A DNA stretch of 64,000 nucleotides from an uncultured Planctomycetota bacterium (GTDB lineage: Bacteria; Planctomycetota; PLA2; JAEUHO01), in assembly GCA_963752285.1 (NCBI GenBank), contig CAVVXN010000005.1:704001-768000 (forward strand), read 5' to 3'. Both the position numbers and the translations under genes were made by a program. The notes under the pieces were generated by a model, which saw only the letters and a program-made list of their open reading frames with translations, did no database searches and was not told where the DNA came from. Of this stretch, positions 1 to 10,598 are shown in pieces (the stretch's first letter is position 1; the number at the start of each line of letters is the position of its first letter).

Positions 1-594
1 GAGGTCTGCCGCCGAGGCGACGCGTGGGTGCTCAGCGACGAGATCTACTCGCGCATCCTCTTCGACGGTTCCCACGCGAGCGTCGTCGCGGAGGAGGGCA
101 TGGCGGAACGTACGATCGTCCTCGACGGGTTCTCGAAGACGTGGTCGATGACGGGATGGCGCCTCGGCTACGCGATCCTGCCCCCGCCGTTGGTACCGTG
201 TTTCGAACGGCTCATGACCAACAGCGTGTCGTGCGCGGTCCACTTCGTGCAGCGCGCGGCGATCGCCGCGCTCGAAGGCCCCGACGACAGTGTGGTGGCC
301 ATGGTGAACGCGCTCCGCCGGCGGCGCGACGTGCTCGTCCAGGGCCTCGCGGACGTCCCCGGCGTCACCCTCGACGCTCCGGAGGGCACGTTCTTCGCCC
401 TGGCGGACGTTTCCGGCACCGGACGCGAAGCGTCGGCGCTCGCCCGGGACCTGCTCGAACGGGCGGGCGTCGCGCTCGTGGAGGGCGCGTCCTTCGGCCC
501 CTCGGCGCGACAGTCGATCCGTTTCTCGCTGACCGCCCCCGAGGTGCGGATCGCCGAAGCGGTGGATCGTCTGCGAAACCTGCTGCGTTCGTGA
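1..594 (+). CDS. PLP-dependent aminotransferase class I/II (aspartate aminotransferase-like), 5'-partial
   Basis: Frame open from base 1; SDEIY and GFSKTWSMTGWRLG (PLP-lysine) motifs. Confidence 0.9.
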   Translation, partial: EVCRRGDAWVLSDEIYSRILFDGSHASVVAEEGMAERTIVLDGFSKTWSMTGWRLGYAILPPPLVPCFERLMTNSVSCAVHFVQRAAIAALEGPDDSVVAMVNALRRRRDVLVQGLADVPGVTLDAPEGTFFALADVSGTGREASALARDLLERAGVALVEGASFGPSARQSIRFSLTAPEVRIAEAVDRLRNLLRS

Positions 595-687
595 CGGTAC
601 CACCGGGCAGTCCGGCCCTCCCGGGGCCGACTTTTCCCGCACCCCGGCTGCCGAGCGGGCACAATGCCGACTTGGAGGAAGATTCCG

Positions 688-2874
688 ATGCGTACCCTTC
701 GTCGCGTCCTCGCCGCCGTGGCCCTCGTCGCGTGCACGGGACTTCTCGTCGCGCGGGCGGAGCCGCCGGCAGCCTACCGGCTGGAAGCCCGCCTTCCCGC
801 GAGCACGCTCGCGTTCGCCAGCGTGGAGAACGTCCACCGGTTCGGGGAGCGCGCGAGCAAGACGGCGCTCGCCCAGCTCATGTCCGACCCCGAGATGCAG
901 GCGTTCCTGAAGCCCATCGTCGGCGCCGTGCACGAAGTCGCCGCGGGCAGCGTGTCCGAGATGCCGCCCGCCCTGAAGGACGGCCTCGCGCTGCTCGGGA
1001 AGATCCACGGGCAGGTGTCCCTCGCGCTCGTCTCCATGGACGTGCGGCAGGACAAGCCGACCCTGGCGCTGTCGATCGACTTCGGCGGCGCGTCGGACGA
1101 GTTCGTCGCCTTCCTGACGAAGCTCCAGCAGGAGATGGACCCGGGCGGAGACCTCGTGAAGTCGAGCATGCGGGACGGCCGCCAGGTCTGGGACGCGGAC
1201 GTCGGCCCCGTCGCGATCCACGCGACGGTCAAGGACGGCGCGTTCGTGGTCGCGACCGACGAGGCGCTCCTCGCGCGCCTCGTCGGGGACGAGGCGCCGG
1301 ACGGGCTCGGCCAGCAGGCCGACTTCCAGGCCGTTCGTTCGAAGTGCGGCGGCGACGACCTCGCGCTGTTCCTCTACGGCAACGTGCCGGCGATCGTGGA
1401 CCTCGCGAAGGGCCAGATGCCCCGCGCGGAGCGCGGGATGGCCATCGCCAACGTCCTGGGCCTCGACACCCTGAAGGGCGCCGGCTACGGGATGTCGTTC
1501 GTCGGCGAGGGCTTCCGCGACACGGTGGCGATCCACGCTCCGGGTGCCGATCACGGGATCGTGCCGCTGCTCGGGATGAAGCCGCTCACCGCGCCGCGCA
1601 CCCTCGACCTCGTCCCGGCGCAGGCGTTCTACTGGGCCGAGGGGAACCTGCCCCTCGACACGCTGCTCGGCCACGTGCGCGAGCTCGCCGGTCGGGCCGA
1701 TCCCCGGGCCGTGTCGCAGCTCGACGGCGCGCTCGGTCAAGCGAACCGGATGCTGGGCGTGGATATCGAGACCGAGCTGCTCGCCGGTCTCGCGGGCACC
1801 AACGGCGCCTGGATGAGCTTCCCGCCGGCCGGCGGGCTCTACCCCGAGGTCGGTCTCGTGTTCCTCGTGAAGGACCCCGCGACCTACGAGGGCGTCTTCG
1901 AGCGCTTCGCGACGGGGCTCGCGGGCTCGGTCAACGAGGAAGGACACGTCATCGCGAGCACGCGCGTCCTGGACTACCAGGGCGTCAAGCTGCACCTCTT
2001 CGACATGCAGGCCGCGCACGGAGACGACGTCGTTCCGTTCACGCCCACGTGGGCGATCCTCAAGGACCGTCTCGTCCTGACGGTCGTCCCGTACACGATG
2101 AAGGAGATCGTGCTCCGTTCGAAGGGGACCGGGCAGGAGACCCTCGCGACGCAGCCCGACTTCCAGAGCCTGATGGGCGCGAAGCCCGCCTCCGCCGGCG
2201 CCATGGAGTACATCGACCTCAAGGCGGCGATGACGCTCCTCTACGACACGGCGGTCCCGGTCCTCCAGACGCTCGCGAAGCCGAACGTGCTCGGCCGCCA
2301 CATCCCGGTCCCGCTGGACTGGGCGCAGCTTCCGCCGGCGAGCCGCATCGCCGGGCACTTCTCGAGCCTCGCCGAGTACGTGACCTGCAACGAGGACGGC
2401 ATCCAGCTGTCGTGGCAGGGTCCGCTCCCCATGCTGCCGCTCCTGGCGGCGGTGGCCGGCGCGACGGGGTTCGCCACGATGGCGCGTAAGAGCGCGACGC
2501 ACTCCGCGCGCGTACCGGGCCGTCACACGGCGCCGCCCTACGAGGAGCCGAAGGAGGCGCCGCCGCCGCGGGCTCCGAAGGAGGCGCCCGGCGGGTCGCC
2601 CTCCGACATGGAACGCGAGATGGACATCGAGCTGGCCCGCCTGCAGGCGGAGATCTACGCCGACGCCGTCGAGCGCTACCGGACGGACGAGGGGGACGTG
2701 CCGGACGACCTCGAGACGCTCGTGGACGACGGCTACGTCGCCAGCGTCACGAAGGACCCGTGGGGCGAGACCTACCGTGTCCAGCCGAAGGCGGGGGGCG
2801 GCTTCGTGGTCGTCTCCGCGGGCCCCGATCGCCGCGTCGGCACCGACGACGACATTCGCCTCGAGCGGGACTGA
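688..2874 (+). CDS. Large exported protein (DUF3352-like) with a C-terminal type II secretion GspG-like domain
   Basis: GGAGG at 674-678, ATG 688, signal peptide; tail KDPWGETY...[16 protein letters not shown] is typical of GspG C-terminal domains. Confidence 0.7.
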   Translation: MRTLRRVLAAVALVACTGLLVARAEPPAAYRLEARLPASTLAFASVENVHRFGERASKTALAQLMSDPEMQAFLKPIVGAVHEVAAGSVSEMPPALKDGLALLGKIHGQVSLALVSMDVRQDKPTLALSIDFGGASDEFVAFLTKLQQEMDPGGDLVKSSMRDGRQVWDADVGPVAIHATVKDGAFVVATDEALLARLVGDEAPDGLGQQADFQAVRSKCGGDDLALFLYGNVPAIVDLAKGQMPRAERGMAIANVLGLDTLKGAGYGMSFVGEGFRDTVAIHAPGADHGIVPLLGMKPLTAPRTLDLVPAQAFYWAEGNLPLDTLLGHVRELAGRADPRAVSQLDGALGQANRMLGVDIETELLAGLAGTNGAWMSFPPAGGLYPEVGLVFLVKDPATYEGVFERFATGLAGSVNEEGHVIASTRVLDYQGVKLHLFDMQAAHGDDVVPFTPTWAILKDRLVLTVVPYTMKEIVLRSKGTGQETLATQPDFQSLMGAKPASAGAMEYIDLKAAMTLLYDTAVPVLQTLAKPNVLGRHIPVPLDWAQLPPASRIAGHFSSLAEYVTCNEDGIQLSWQGPLPMLPLLAAVAGATGFATMARKSATHSARVPGRHTAPPYEEPKEAPPPRAPKEAPGGSPSDMEREMDIELARLQAEIYADAVERYRTDEGDVPDDLETLVDDGYVASVTKDPWGETYRVQPKAGGGFVVVSAGPDRRVGTDDDIRLERD

Positions 2875-3913
2875 CCCTACGAAGGACGGGCCGGCCGACT
2901 TCCGGAGCGACACCGTCACGCGGCCGTCGCCCGCCATGCGGCGGGCGATGGCCGAGGCGGAGGTCGGGGACGACGTCTACGGCGAGGACCCGACGGTGCG
3001 GCGCCTGGAGGAGGCCGTGGCGGCCCGCCTCGGGCGCGAGGCCGCGCTCTTCGTACCGAGCGGGAGCCAGGGCAACCAGATCGCGATCCGGCTCCAGACC
3101 TCGCCCGGAGAGGAGATCCTGGTCGGAGAGGCGAGCCACAGCCTCGACTGGGAGCTGGCCGGGTGTGCGGCCCTGTCGGGCGTGCAGGTGCGCCCGCTCC
3201 CGACGGACCGCGGCCGGATCGACGTGGGCGCGGCGACGCGGGAGCTCCGCAACGCCGGTGGGTTCCGACCCGCGTGTCGCCTCCTCGTCGTCGAGAACAC
3301 GCACAACTTCCACGGCGGGGCGGTCGTGCCCCTCGCGCACCTCGAAGCGCTCCTCGCCGCCGCCCGTGCGCGGGGTGCCCGCGTCCACCTCGACGGGGCC
3401 CGGCTCTGGAACGCGTCCGTCGCGTCGAAGACCCCGCTCGACCGGTACGGACGCGTCGCGGACACGATCATGGTCTGCCTGTCCAAGGGACTCGGCGCGC
3501 CCGTGGGGAGCCTGCTCGTCGGAGACGCCGAGCTGGTCGCGCGGGCGCGGGACGTGCGAAAGCTCTTCGGCGGCGGGATGCGGCAGGTGGGCGTGCTCGC
3601 GGCGCCGGGACTCGTCGCGATCGAGGAGGGGCTCGCCGGCCTCGCCGAAGACCACCGCCGCGCGCGCGCGCTCGCCGAGGGGCTCCTCGGGCTCGAGGGG
3701 ACTTCGCTCCCGCACGGCGAGGTCGAGACGAACATCGTGATCGTGGACGTCGGCACGCGGGACGCCCGCGCGCTCGCCACCGCCATGGCGGCGGAGGGCG
3801 TGCTCGCGAGCGCCCTCTCTCCCGAGCGCCTTCGCTTCGTGACCCACCGGGACGTGGACGACGACGACGTCGAGCGTGCGATCCTGGCGTTCGTCGCCGC
3901 CGCGAAGGACTGA
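2777..3913 (+). CDS. ltaE: Low-specificity L-threonine aldolase (start uncertain)
   Basis: [52 protein letters not shown] motifs. Confidence 0.9.
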   Translation: MSSRRRGAASWSSPRAPIAASAPTTTFASSGTDPTKDGPADFRSDTVTRPSPAMRRAMAEAEVGDDVYGEDPTVRRLEEAVAARLGREAALFVPSGSQGNQIAIRLQTSPGEEILVGEASHSLDWELAGCAALSGVQVRPLPTDRGRIDVGAATRELRNAGGFRPACRLLVVENTHNFHGGAVVPLAHLEALLAAARARGARVHLDGARLWNASVASKTPLDRYGRVADTIMVCLSKGLGAPVGSLLVGDAELVARARDVRKLFGGGMRQVGVLAAPGLVAIEEGLAGLAEDHRRARALAEGLLGLEGTSLPHGEVETNIVIVDVGTRDARALATAMAAEGVLASALSPERLRFVTHRDVDDDDVERAILAFVAAAKD

Positions 3914-3917
3914 CCCG

Positions 3918-5093
3918 ATGGGCGGCGGACGCGTGGTGCGCGTCGTGACGCGCCTGAACCGTGGCGGCCCCCTGCGCCAGCTCGAGGCGCTGGTGCCGGG
4001 CCTGCGGCAGCACGGGTGGGACGGCCCCGTCGTGGTGGGGCGGGTGGAGCCGCACGAGCCCGACGGCGCGTCCGAGCTCGAGACGCTCGGCGTCGAGGTG
4101 ATCCGCCTCCCGACGCTCAAGCGTGCCGTGGCGCCGGTGGACGACGCGCGCTCCCTCTCCCGCCTGGCGCGCCTGCTCCAGGACCTCCAGCCCGACGTGG
4201 TGCACACCCACCTCGCGAAGGCGGGCGCGGTCGGGCGCCTGGCGGCGCAGGCCGTGGGCGTGCCCGCCGTCCACACCTTCCACGGCCACCACCTCCGGGC
4301 CGCGCCGCCGCTCGCCTGGTTCGCCCGGCGCTCGGAGCGCTGGCTCGCGCGGAGCACGGCGGCCGCGGTGGTCCTGACGCCGCGGCAGCGGCGCGACCTC
4401 GTGGACCTCTACCGCGTCGTGCCCGCCGCGAAGGCGACCCTCGTTCCCCCCGGCATCGACCTCGGCGCGGTGCGGGCCCGTGCCGAGGCGACGGACGCGC
4501 TCGCGCTCCGCCGACGTCTCGCGCCCGACGGCGCGTGCCTCTTCGTGTGGGCGGGTCGGTTCGTCCACGCGAAGGACCCGGCGTTGCTCGTCGAGGCGGC
4601 GCGGCGGCTCTCGTCGTCCGCGCGCATCGTGTTGCTGGGCGACGGACCGCTGCGCGACGCCGTGCGCGCGCGGGCCACCGCGGGCGGTCTCGCCGATCGG
4701 GTGCGCTTTCCGGGACCCGTGCCCGACGCCGCGCCGTGGATCGCCGCGTCCGACGCCGTGGTGCTGTCGTCGCGGAGCGAGGGCGCGCCGATCCTCCTGC
4801 TCGAGGCGAAGGCCCTCGCACGACCGGCGATCGCGACCTCCGTCGGCGGGGTCCCCGACGTCGTGGCGCACGGGGTGGACGGTCTCTGGGTGCCGCCCGG
4901 AGATCCCGCCGCCCTCGCGAACGCCATCGACCGGCTGGCGCGGGACCCCGCGCTCTGCCGGCGGCTCGGGGAGGCGGCGGGCGCGGGGGTGGAGGCCCGC
5001 TACGGCGCGCTCCGCCTCGCGAGGCGGACGGCCGCCCTGTACGAGCGGGTGAGGGCCCGCGCCGCCGGGGGCCGGGCCGCGGGCCGCCGGTAG
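3918..5093 (+). CDS. Glycosyltransferase family 4
   Basis: TRLNRGGP, PDVVHTHLAKAG, HTFHGH, SRSEGAPILLLEA, TSVGGVPD motifs. Confidence 0.88.
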   Translation: MGGGRVVRVVTRLNRGGPLRQLEALVPGLRQHGWDGPVVVGRVEPHEPDGASELETLGVEVIRLPTLKRAVAPVDDARSLSRLARLLQDLQPDVVHTHLAKAGAVGRLAAQAVGVPAVHTFHGHHLRAAPPLAWFARRSERWLARSTAAAVVLTPRQRRDLVDLYRVVPAAKATLVPPGIDLGAVRARAEATDALALRRRLAPDGACLFVWAGRFVHAKDPALLVEAARRLSSSARIVLLGDGPLRDAVRARATAGGLADRVRFPGPVPDAAPWIAASDAVVLSSRSEGAPILLLEAKALARPAIATSVGGVPDVVAHGVDGLWVPPGDPAALANAIDRLARDPALCRRLGEAAGAGVEARYGALRLARRTAALYERVRARAAGGRAAGRR

Positions 5094-5103
5094 GATCGCG
5101 CCG

Positions 5104-6057
5104 GTGTCCGCCGACCGTCCCGCCCCCGCGAGGCCGCACCCCCTCCACGACCCGGCGCTCAAGCCGCCCGGCGCGCCGCGCGAGCGGCTCGCCCCGTGGC
5201 TCAAGAAGCGGCTGCCGACGGGCGACGGGGTGGAGCGCGTGCGCGCGCTCGTCGCGGGCCAGAGCCTCCACACGGTCTGCCAGAGCGCGCGCTGCCCGAA
5301 CCTGAACGAGTGCTGGTCGCGGCGTGCGGCGACGTTCATGATCCTCGGGGACCTCTGCACGCGCACGTGCCGCTTCTGCACCGTCTTGAAGGGGAAACCG
5401 CTCGCGCCCGACGAGGCCGAGCCCGCGCACGTCGCGGCCGCGGCCGCGGAGCTCGGCCTCCTCCACGTCGTGATCACGAGCGTGGACCGTGACGACCTGG
5501 AAGACCAGGGCGCGGGCCACTTCGCCGCCACGATCCGCGCCGTCCGCGAACGCCTGCCCACCGCGGCGATCGAGGTCCTGACGCCCGACTTTCGCGGCGA
5601 CCTGGACCTCGTGGGCGTGGTCGTGGCCGCGCGACCCACGATCTACAACCACAACCTCGAGACGGTCCCGCGCCTCTACCCGCGGGTCCGCCCCGGCGCG
5701 GGGTACGAGCGGAGCCTCTCGGTCCTGCGGCACGCGAAGGCGCTCGACCCGAAGGGCATCACGAAGTCCGGCCTGATGCTCGGCCTGGGAGAGCGTGACG
5801 ACGACCTCGACCAGACCCTGCGGGACCTCCGCACGATCGGCGTGGACGTCTTGACGCTCGGTCAGTACCTGCGGCCGTCGATGGCCCAGCTTCCGGTGGA
5901 GCGCTTCGTCCCGCCCGAGGAGTTCGAGGCCTGGGCGCGCCGCGGCAAGGAGCTCGGGTTCCTCTCCGTCGCGAGCGGGCCGTTCGTTCGCTCCTCCTAC
6001 AACGCGGCCGAGGTGTACGCCGCGATCGGCACGGCTACGGGCGCGGGGAGCCCGTGA
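5104..6057 (+). CDS. lipA: Lipoyl synthase
   Basis: CQSARCPNLNEC and radical-SAM CTRTCRFC; ITSVDRDDL, HNLETV, GQYL, VRSSY. Confidence 0.97.
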   Translation: MSADRPAPARPHPLHDPALKPPGAPRERLAPWLKKRLPTGDGVERVRALVAGQSLHTVCQSARCPNLNECWSRRAATFMILGDLCTRTCRFCTVLKGKPLAPDEAEPAHVAAAAAELGLLHVVITSVDRDDLEDQGAGHFAATIRAVRERLPTAAIEVLTPDFRGDLDLVGVVVAARPTIYNHNLETVPRLYPRVRPGAGYERSLSVLRHAKALDPKGITKSGLMLGLGERDDDLDQTLRDLRTIGVDVLTLGQYLRPSMAQLPVERFVPPEEFEAWARRGKELGFLSVASGPFVRSSYNAAEVYAAIGTATGAGSP

Positions 6058-6839
6058 CGCCGGCGCCGGTGCTGTCGCTCCTGACGGACTTCGGACCGGG
6101 GAGCGTGTACGTCGGCGAGGTGCACGCGGTCGTGCGCTCGCTGCTCCCCGACGCGGTGGTCGTAGACCTCGCGCACGACTGCCCGCCGGGCGACGTCGAG
6201 GCGGGCGCGTACCTGATCGGCCGGGCGTGGTCGCTCTGCCCGCCCGGAACGGCCCACGTCGTGGTGGTGGACCCCGGCGTGGGGACGGCCCGAAGGATCC
6301 TCGCGGCGCGCGCGCGCGGCCACCTCTTCGTCGGACCCGACAACGGCGTGCTCGCCCCGCTCGTCGAGGGGGGCGAGGTCCGAAGCGTCGAGAACGACGC
6401 GCTGTTCCGCCGTCCGACCTGCGCCACCTTTCACGGTCGCGACGTGATGGCGCCGGTCGCGGCGCGGCTCCTGTCGGGGACCCCGTTCGCGGAGGTGGGG
6501 CCGCCCGCATCGCCCCGCGCGCTCGAAGGCGGCGCCGTCACGAAGGAGGACGTCGTCGAGGGTCGCGTGCTCCTCCACGACCGGTTCGGGAACCTCGTCA
6601 CCAACGTCCCCGCCTCGGCCGTCCTGGCGCTCGGCGGCGTGGGCCGCGCGCTGCGCGTCCGTGTCGGCGACGCGTGCGTCGAGGGCATCTCGCGGACCTT
6701 CGGCGACGTGGCCCAGGGTGCGCCCCTCGCGTACGTGGGCAGCGGAGGTCACCTCGAGATCGCGGTCAACGGCGGGCGCGCCTCCGACCTCTTCCCGTGG
6801 CCGCACGCCGCCGTGCGCGTCGAACGGATGGCGCCGTGA
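6054..6839 (+). CDS. SAM hydroxide adenosyltransferase (DUF62, chlorinase/fluorinase family)
   Basis: LLTDFG, VVDPGVGT, GPDNG, TFHGRD, DRFGNLVTN, LEIAVN motifs; GTGA overlap with lipA. Confidence 0.93.
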   Translation: MTPAPVLSLLTDFGPGSVYVGEVHAVVRSLLPDAVVVDLAHDCPPGDVEAGAYLIGRAWSLCPPGTAHVVVVDPGVGTARRILAARARGHLFVGPDNGVLAPLVEGGEVRSVENDALFRRPTCATFHGRDVMAPVAARLLSGTPFAEVGPPASPRALEGGAVTKEDVVEGRVLLHDRFGNLVTNVPASAVLALGGVGRALRVRVGDACVEGISRTFGDVAQGAPLAYVGSGGHLEIAVNGGRASDLFPWPHAAVRVERMAP

Positions 6840-8053
6840 CGACACACGCGTACTTCGACGCGCCGGCGGGGATCGCGGGCGACATGTGTCTCGGCGCGCT
6901 CGTGGACGCCGGGTGGCCGCTCGAGCGGCTTCGCGAGGTCGTGCGCGCGCTCGACCTCGCCGACGTCGAGGTCGAGGCGCGACGCACGCGGCGCGGCCCG
7001 CTCGCCGCCACGAAGGTGGACGTGCTCTGCCACGGCCACGTGGCCGACCAGAGCCCGCACCGCCACGACGACGCGGACCCCGTGACCCTCGCCCGCGTCA
7101 CGGGGCGGATCGAGCGCGCGTCGACGCTGCCCGAGGCCGCGCGCGCCGGCGCCGTCCGCGCGTTCGCCGCGCTCGCCGAGGCCGAGGGCCGCGTCCACGG
7201 CGAGACGGCCGACCGCGTGCACTTCCACGAGGTCGGGGCCGCCGACGCGCTCGTGGACGTCGTGGGGACCTGCACCGCCCTCGTGGACCTCGGCGTCGCC
7301 GAGGTGCGCGTCTCGCCGCTGCCCTTCGGCGGCGGGAGCGTCACCACCGCGCACGGTGCCCTCGCGCTCCCCGCGCCGGCGACGGTTGAGCTCCTCGCCG
7401 GACATCCGCTCGCACCGAGCGACGAGCGCCACGAGCAGGTGACGCCGACCGGCGCCGCGATCGTCAAGGCGCTCGCGAAGGGCCACACGGTCTGGCCGGG
7501 CTTCACCGTCCGGAGCGTGGGCGTGGGCGCGGGGGCGTTCGAGGGGGGACGTCTCCCGAACGCGGTCCGACTGCTCCTCGGGGACCTCTCGTGCGACACC
7601 CCGCCGGGCGACGCCGTGCTCCTCGAGGCGAACCTCGACGACGCGACCGGCCAGGAGATCGCGCGCGCCCTCGAGCACGCGCTCGAGGCCGGTGCGCTCG
7701 ACGCCTGGGCGACGCCGATCGTGATGAAGAAGGGTCGGCCGGGCACCGTCGTGTCGGTGCTCGCCCGACCGGAGGACGTCGCCCGCCTGGAGTCGCTGCT
7801 CTTCGTCGAGACGCCGACGCTCGGCGTCCGGCGCCGCGCCGTCGAGCGGACGGTTCTCGCCCGCCGCCACGAGATCGTCTCGACGCCCTACGGCGACGTC
7901 CGCATGAAGGTGCGCGAGACGCCCGCGGGGCCCGCGGCGACGCCCGAGTACGAAGACGCGCGCCGGCGGGCCGACGAGCGTCGGGTCCCGCTCCGGGACG
8001 TACTCGACGCCGCCCGCGTCGCGTGGCGGGCGCGCACGGGGCGCGACGCCTGA
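6836..8053 (+). CDS. larC: Nickel pincer cofactor biosynthesis protein LarC
   Basis: GIAGDMCLGAL, VHFHEVGAADA, PAPAT, TPTGAA, LEANLDD, MKKGRPG, ETPTLGVR, PEYED; GTG 6836 overlaps the upstream stop. Confidence 0.93.
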   Translation: MTTHAYFDAPAGIAGDMCLGALVDAGWPLERLREVVRALDLADVEVEARRTRRGPLAATKVDVLCHGHVADQSPHRHDDADPVTLARVTGRIERASTLPEAARAGAVRAFAALAEAEGRVHGETADRVHFHEVGAADALVDVVGTCTALVDLGVAEVRVSPLPFGGGSVTTAHGALALPAPATVELLAGHPLAPSDERHEQVTPTGAAIVKALAKGHTVWPGFTVRSVGVGAGAFEGGRLPNAVRLLLGDLSCDTPPGDAVLLEANLDDATGQEIARALEHALEAGALDAWATPIVMKKGRPGTVVSVLARPEDVARLESLLFVETPTLGVRRRAVERTVLARRHEIVSTPYGDVRMKVRETPAGPAATPEYEDARRRADERRVPLRDVLDAARVAWRARTGRDA

Positions 8054-8056
8054 GGC

Positions 8057-9157
8057 TCAGGCGCCGGGGCCTGCCGCGCAGGCGTCGAGGGTGCGGCCGA
8101 GGCCCTCGAGGGCGCGGGTGAGGGGCTCGTCCTCGAGTAGGAACGAGATCCGGATCGCGTGCGGGAGCTGAAAGAAGCGGCCGGGGACCACGCGCACGCG
8201 TTCCTCGTCCCACGCGTGGCGCGCGACGACCTCGCCGTCGAGGGGCGAACCGGCGGCGCCCAGGCGGAGGAGCCCCGTGAACCCCGCGTCGGGGCGCCGC
8301 CACGCGACGTCCTCGCGTCCCGTCACCCACGCGTCCACGCGCGCGATCTGGCGCGCGGCGAGGTCCCGGACCTCGGCGAGCCGTCGGTCGGCGTGCGGGA
8401 GGAACGCGAGGGCCTCGGCGATCGGGGCCGGAGGGTGGGTGGGGCACACCACGTCGTCCCAGCGTTCGACCGCGGCCACGAGCGCGGGGTGGCCCGCGAC
8501 CCACCCGCCGCGGAGGTCGTAGAGGCCGTACGACTTCGTGAGGCTGTTCGTCGAGAGGACCCGCGGATGCGCGCGGGCGGCGGTCGGCCGGTCGGTCGGG
8601 TCGAGCTCGAGGTAGACCTCGTCCACGAGGACGACCGCGTCGTGGGACTCCGCCACGGCGATCAGGAGCGCGAGGTCGTCCGGGTGGAGGCGGAGCCCGC
8701 TCGGGTTGTGGAGGTCCGTCACGACGAGGAGCCGCGCGCCGGGCAGGACCGCCCGCTCGAGGCTCGCCCGGTCGATCCGCGCACCCGACTCGATCGGCCG
8801 CTCGTACGTGGCGAGCGTCGCGCCGACCGCCCCGGCCACGCCGTGGAGCGGGTCGTAGCCGGGCGACTCGACCACGACCCGGCCCCCGCGCGCGAGCGCG
8901 AGGTACACGAGGAAGTTCGCGTGGGAGGTCCCGATCGTCGGGTAGACGCCCTCGGGCGGCAGCCCCAGTCGTCCCGCGAGCGCCTCCCGCCAGCGGGCGC
9001 GGAGATCGCCCGTCTCGGCGGGCCCGGGCCCGAGCCCGGGGTAGACCTCCCGGCTGGGGCGGCCGGCGCCCGAGAGCCCGAGGCTCAGGGGGTCCGTACG
9101 CGGCAGGAACGCCTTGGCCCAGCGGAGATAGGGCGACGGAGCGCCGTCGGCGGTCAT
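8057..9157 (-). CDS. PLP-dependent aminotransferase class I/II
   Basis: LHNPSG, VDEVY, NSLTKSYGLYDLRGGW motifs; GGAGG upstream. Confidence 0.88.
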   Translation of the reverse strand: MTADGAPSPYLRWAKAFLPRTDPLSLGLSGAGRPSREVYPGLGPGPAETGDLRARWREALAGRLGLPPEGVYPTIGTSHANFLVYLALARGGRVVVESPGYDPLHGVAGAVGATLATYERPIESGARIDRASLERAVLPGARLLVVTDLHNPSGLRLHPDDLALLIAVAESHDAVVLVDEVYLELDPTDRPTAARAHPRVLSTNSLTKSYGLYDLRGGWVAGHPALVAAVERWDDVVCPTHPPAPIAEALAFLPHADRRLAEVRDLAARQIARVDAWVTGREDVAWRRPDAGFTGLLRLGAAGSPLDGEVVARHAWDEERVRVVPGRFFQLPHAIRISFLLEDEPLTRALEGLGRTLDACAAGPGA

Positions 9158-9237
9158 GGGTACCCTCCGGGCAGATCGACGGACCCGGCGTACCCCACCG
9201 CGCCGCGAGGGTCAATCGGTCGGTCCGGAGGACAGCC

Positions 9238-10362
9238 ATGGGCGCTCGCTCGGTCCTGGGTCTCGTCACCTTCCTCGCCCTCGCGTGCGGCGCCGTGCCC
9301 GCGCGGGGCGACGTGCCCGCCGAGCCCGCGCCCCGGGCGGCGCCGAAGGACACCCCCGCGGTCGTAGAGGAGGAGCCCGCGCTCGCCGAGGTCACGGGCG
9401 ATCGCGTGAATCTCCGGGTGGGCCCGCGCCTGGACAGCCACCCGGTCGCCGCGCTCGAGCGCGGCACGGTCGTCGAAATCGTCGAGGAGGTGCCCGGCTG
9501 GGTGGGGGTCCGGGTGCCGCAGGGATTCCCCGTGGCCGTGTCCATGGACTACGTCGTGCCCGAGGGCGCGAACGGTCTCCGGGTGATGGCGAGACGACTC
9601 AACCTGAGGGTCTCGCCGCCCGAGCGGGGCGCGCCGCCGCCCGGCATCTTCCGCGACCATCCCGCGCTGGGAGAGGTCCTGACGCTCATCGACGTCGCCG
9701 ACCCTCCGCCCCCGGAGGCGGACGAGGGGCCGGGGCCCCTTCCGGAGCCGCGCCCGTTCGGCGGGCGCTGGGCCTGGGTCGTGGCGCCGGAGGGCGTCCG
9801 CGCGTATCTGAGCGACGACCTCGTGCGCCGCCTCGAGAGGTCGCCCGACGCGCTCGCGCGCGTCGCGGCCGAACGCACCCGCCGCGGGGACGACGCGAAG
9901 CGCCTCGCCCAGGCGCGGGCGATGCTCGCCGCGAAGGACGCCGCGGCGCGGCTCATGGAGACCGTGGGCGAGATCCAGCAGGACCTCTACCACCTCCGTC
10001 AGGTGGGCGGGAACGACAAGGCGCCCATCGTCGATCTCGCGAACCGTCTCGACGCCGAGCTCCAGAAGGAGGGGGACGCGTCGAGCCCCGTCCTGCGCCT
10101 GGCCCTGGCGCTTCGCAGCGACCTCGAGCGCGAGATCGAGCTCCGCGTGGCACGGAACGACGCCGAGCTCGCGAAGGCGATGGGACGCGAGCCGAACGGC
10201 GTGCCCGCGCTCGAGAAGGTGATGGACCCCTTCGAGGCGGTCGGCCTCCTGCGCTACGAGCCGACGCCCGGGTGGAAGGAGGACGGCGTCTTCTTCCTCT
10301 GGTTGGAGGGGAAGCCGGCGTACGCCCTCCGGCTGACGGTGGGGGGGACCTGCCCCATCTGA
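9238..10362 (+). CDS. Exported SH3-domain protein; probably frameshifted at G7 (10341-10347), true end possibly 10550
   Basis: GGAGG RBS, signal peptide, bacterial SH3 motifs VTGDRVNLRVGP and ARRLNLRVSP, helical middle region. Confidence 0.75.
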   Translation: MGARSVLGLVTFLALACGAVPARGDVPAEPAPRAAPKDTPAVVEEEPALAEVTGDRVNLRVGPRLDSHPVAALERGTVVEIVEEVPGWVGVRVPQGFPVAVSMDYVVPEGANGLRVMARRLNLRVSPPERGAPPPGIFRDHPALGEVLTLIDVADPPPPEADEGPGPLPEPRPFGGRWAWVVAPEGVRAYLSDDLVRRLERSPDALARVAAERTRRGDDAKRLAQARAMLAAKDAAARLMETVGEIQQDLYHLRQVGGNDKAPIVDLANRLDAELQKEGDASSPVLRLALALRSDLEREIELRVARNDAELAKAMGREPNGVPALEKVMDPFEAVGLLRYEPTPGWKEDGVFFLWLEGKPAYALRLTVGGTCPI

Positions 10363-10598
10363 AGCTCGAGGAGTTTGCGGACGGCGCCGAGCACCTGGTC
10401 GAGGGCGCGCTCCCCGGGGAACGCCTCTTCGGTCTCCCCGTGATCGACGTCCGGCACGTGAAGACGCCCCCGCCCTCCCCTCCCGAGCACGGCGCGTCCG
10501 CGGCGGCAAATTCGGTCCGACCGCTTGTGTCCGGGACCCCAGGGCGGTAGAAGACCTCGCTCGCGCGGCGGCCGACCGCCGCAGAAGGGACGGGGGTC

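Noticed and set aside
6054..6839. Fluorinase/chlorinase natural-product pathway
   Set aside because: No biosynthetic context; most members of this family are SAM hydrolases
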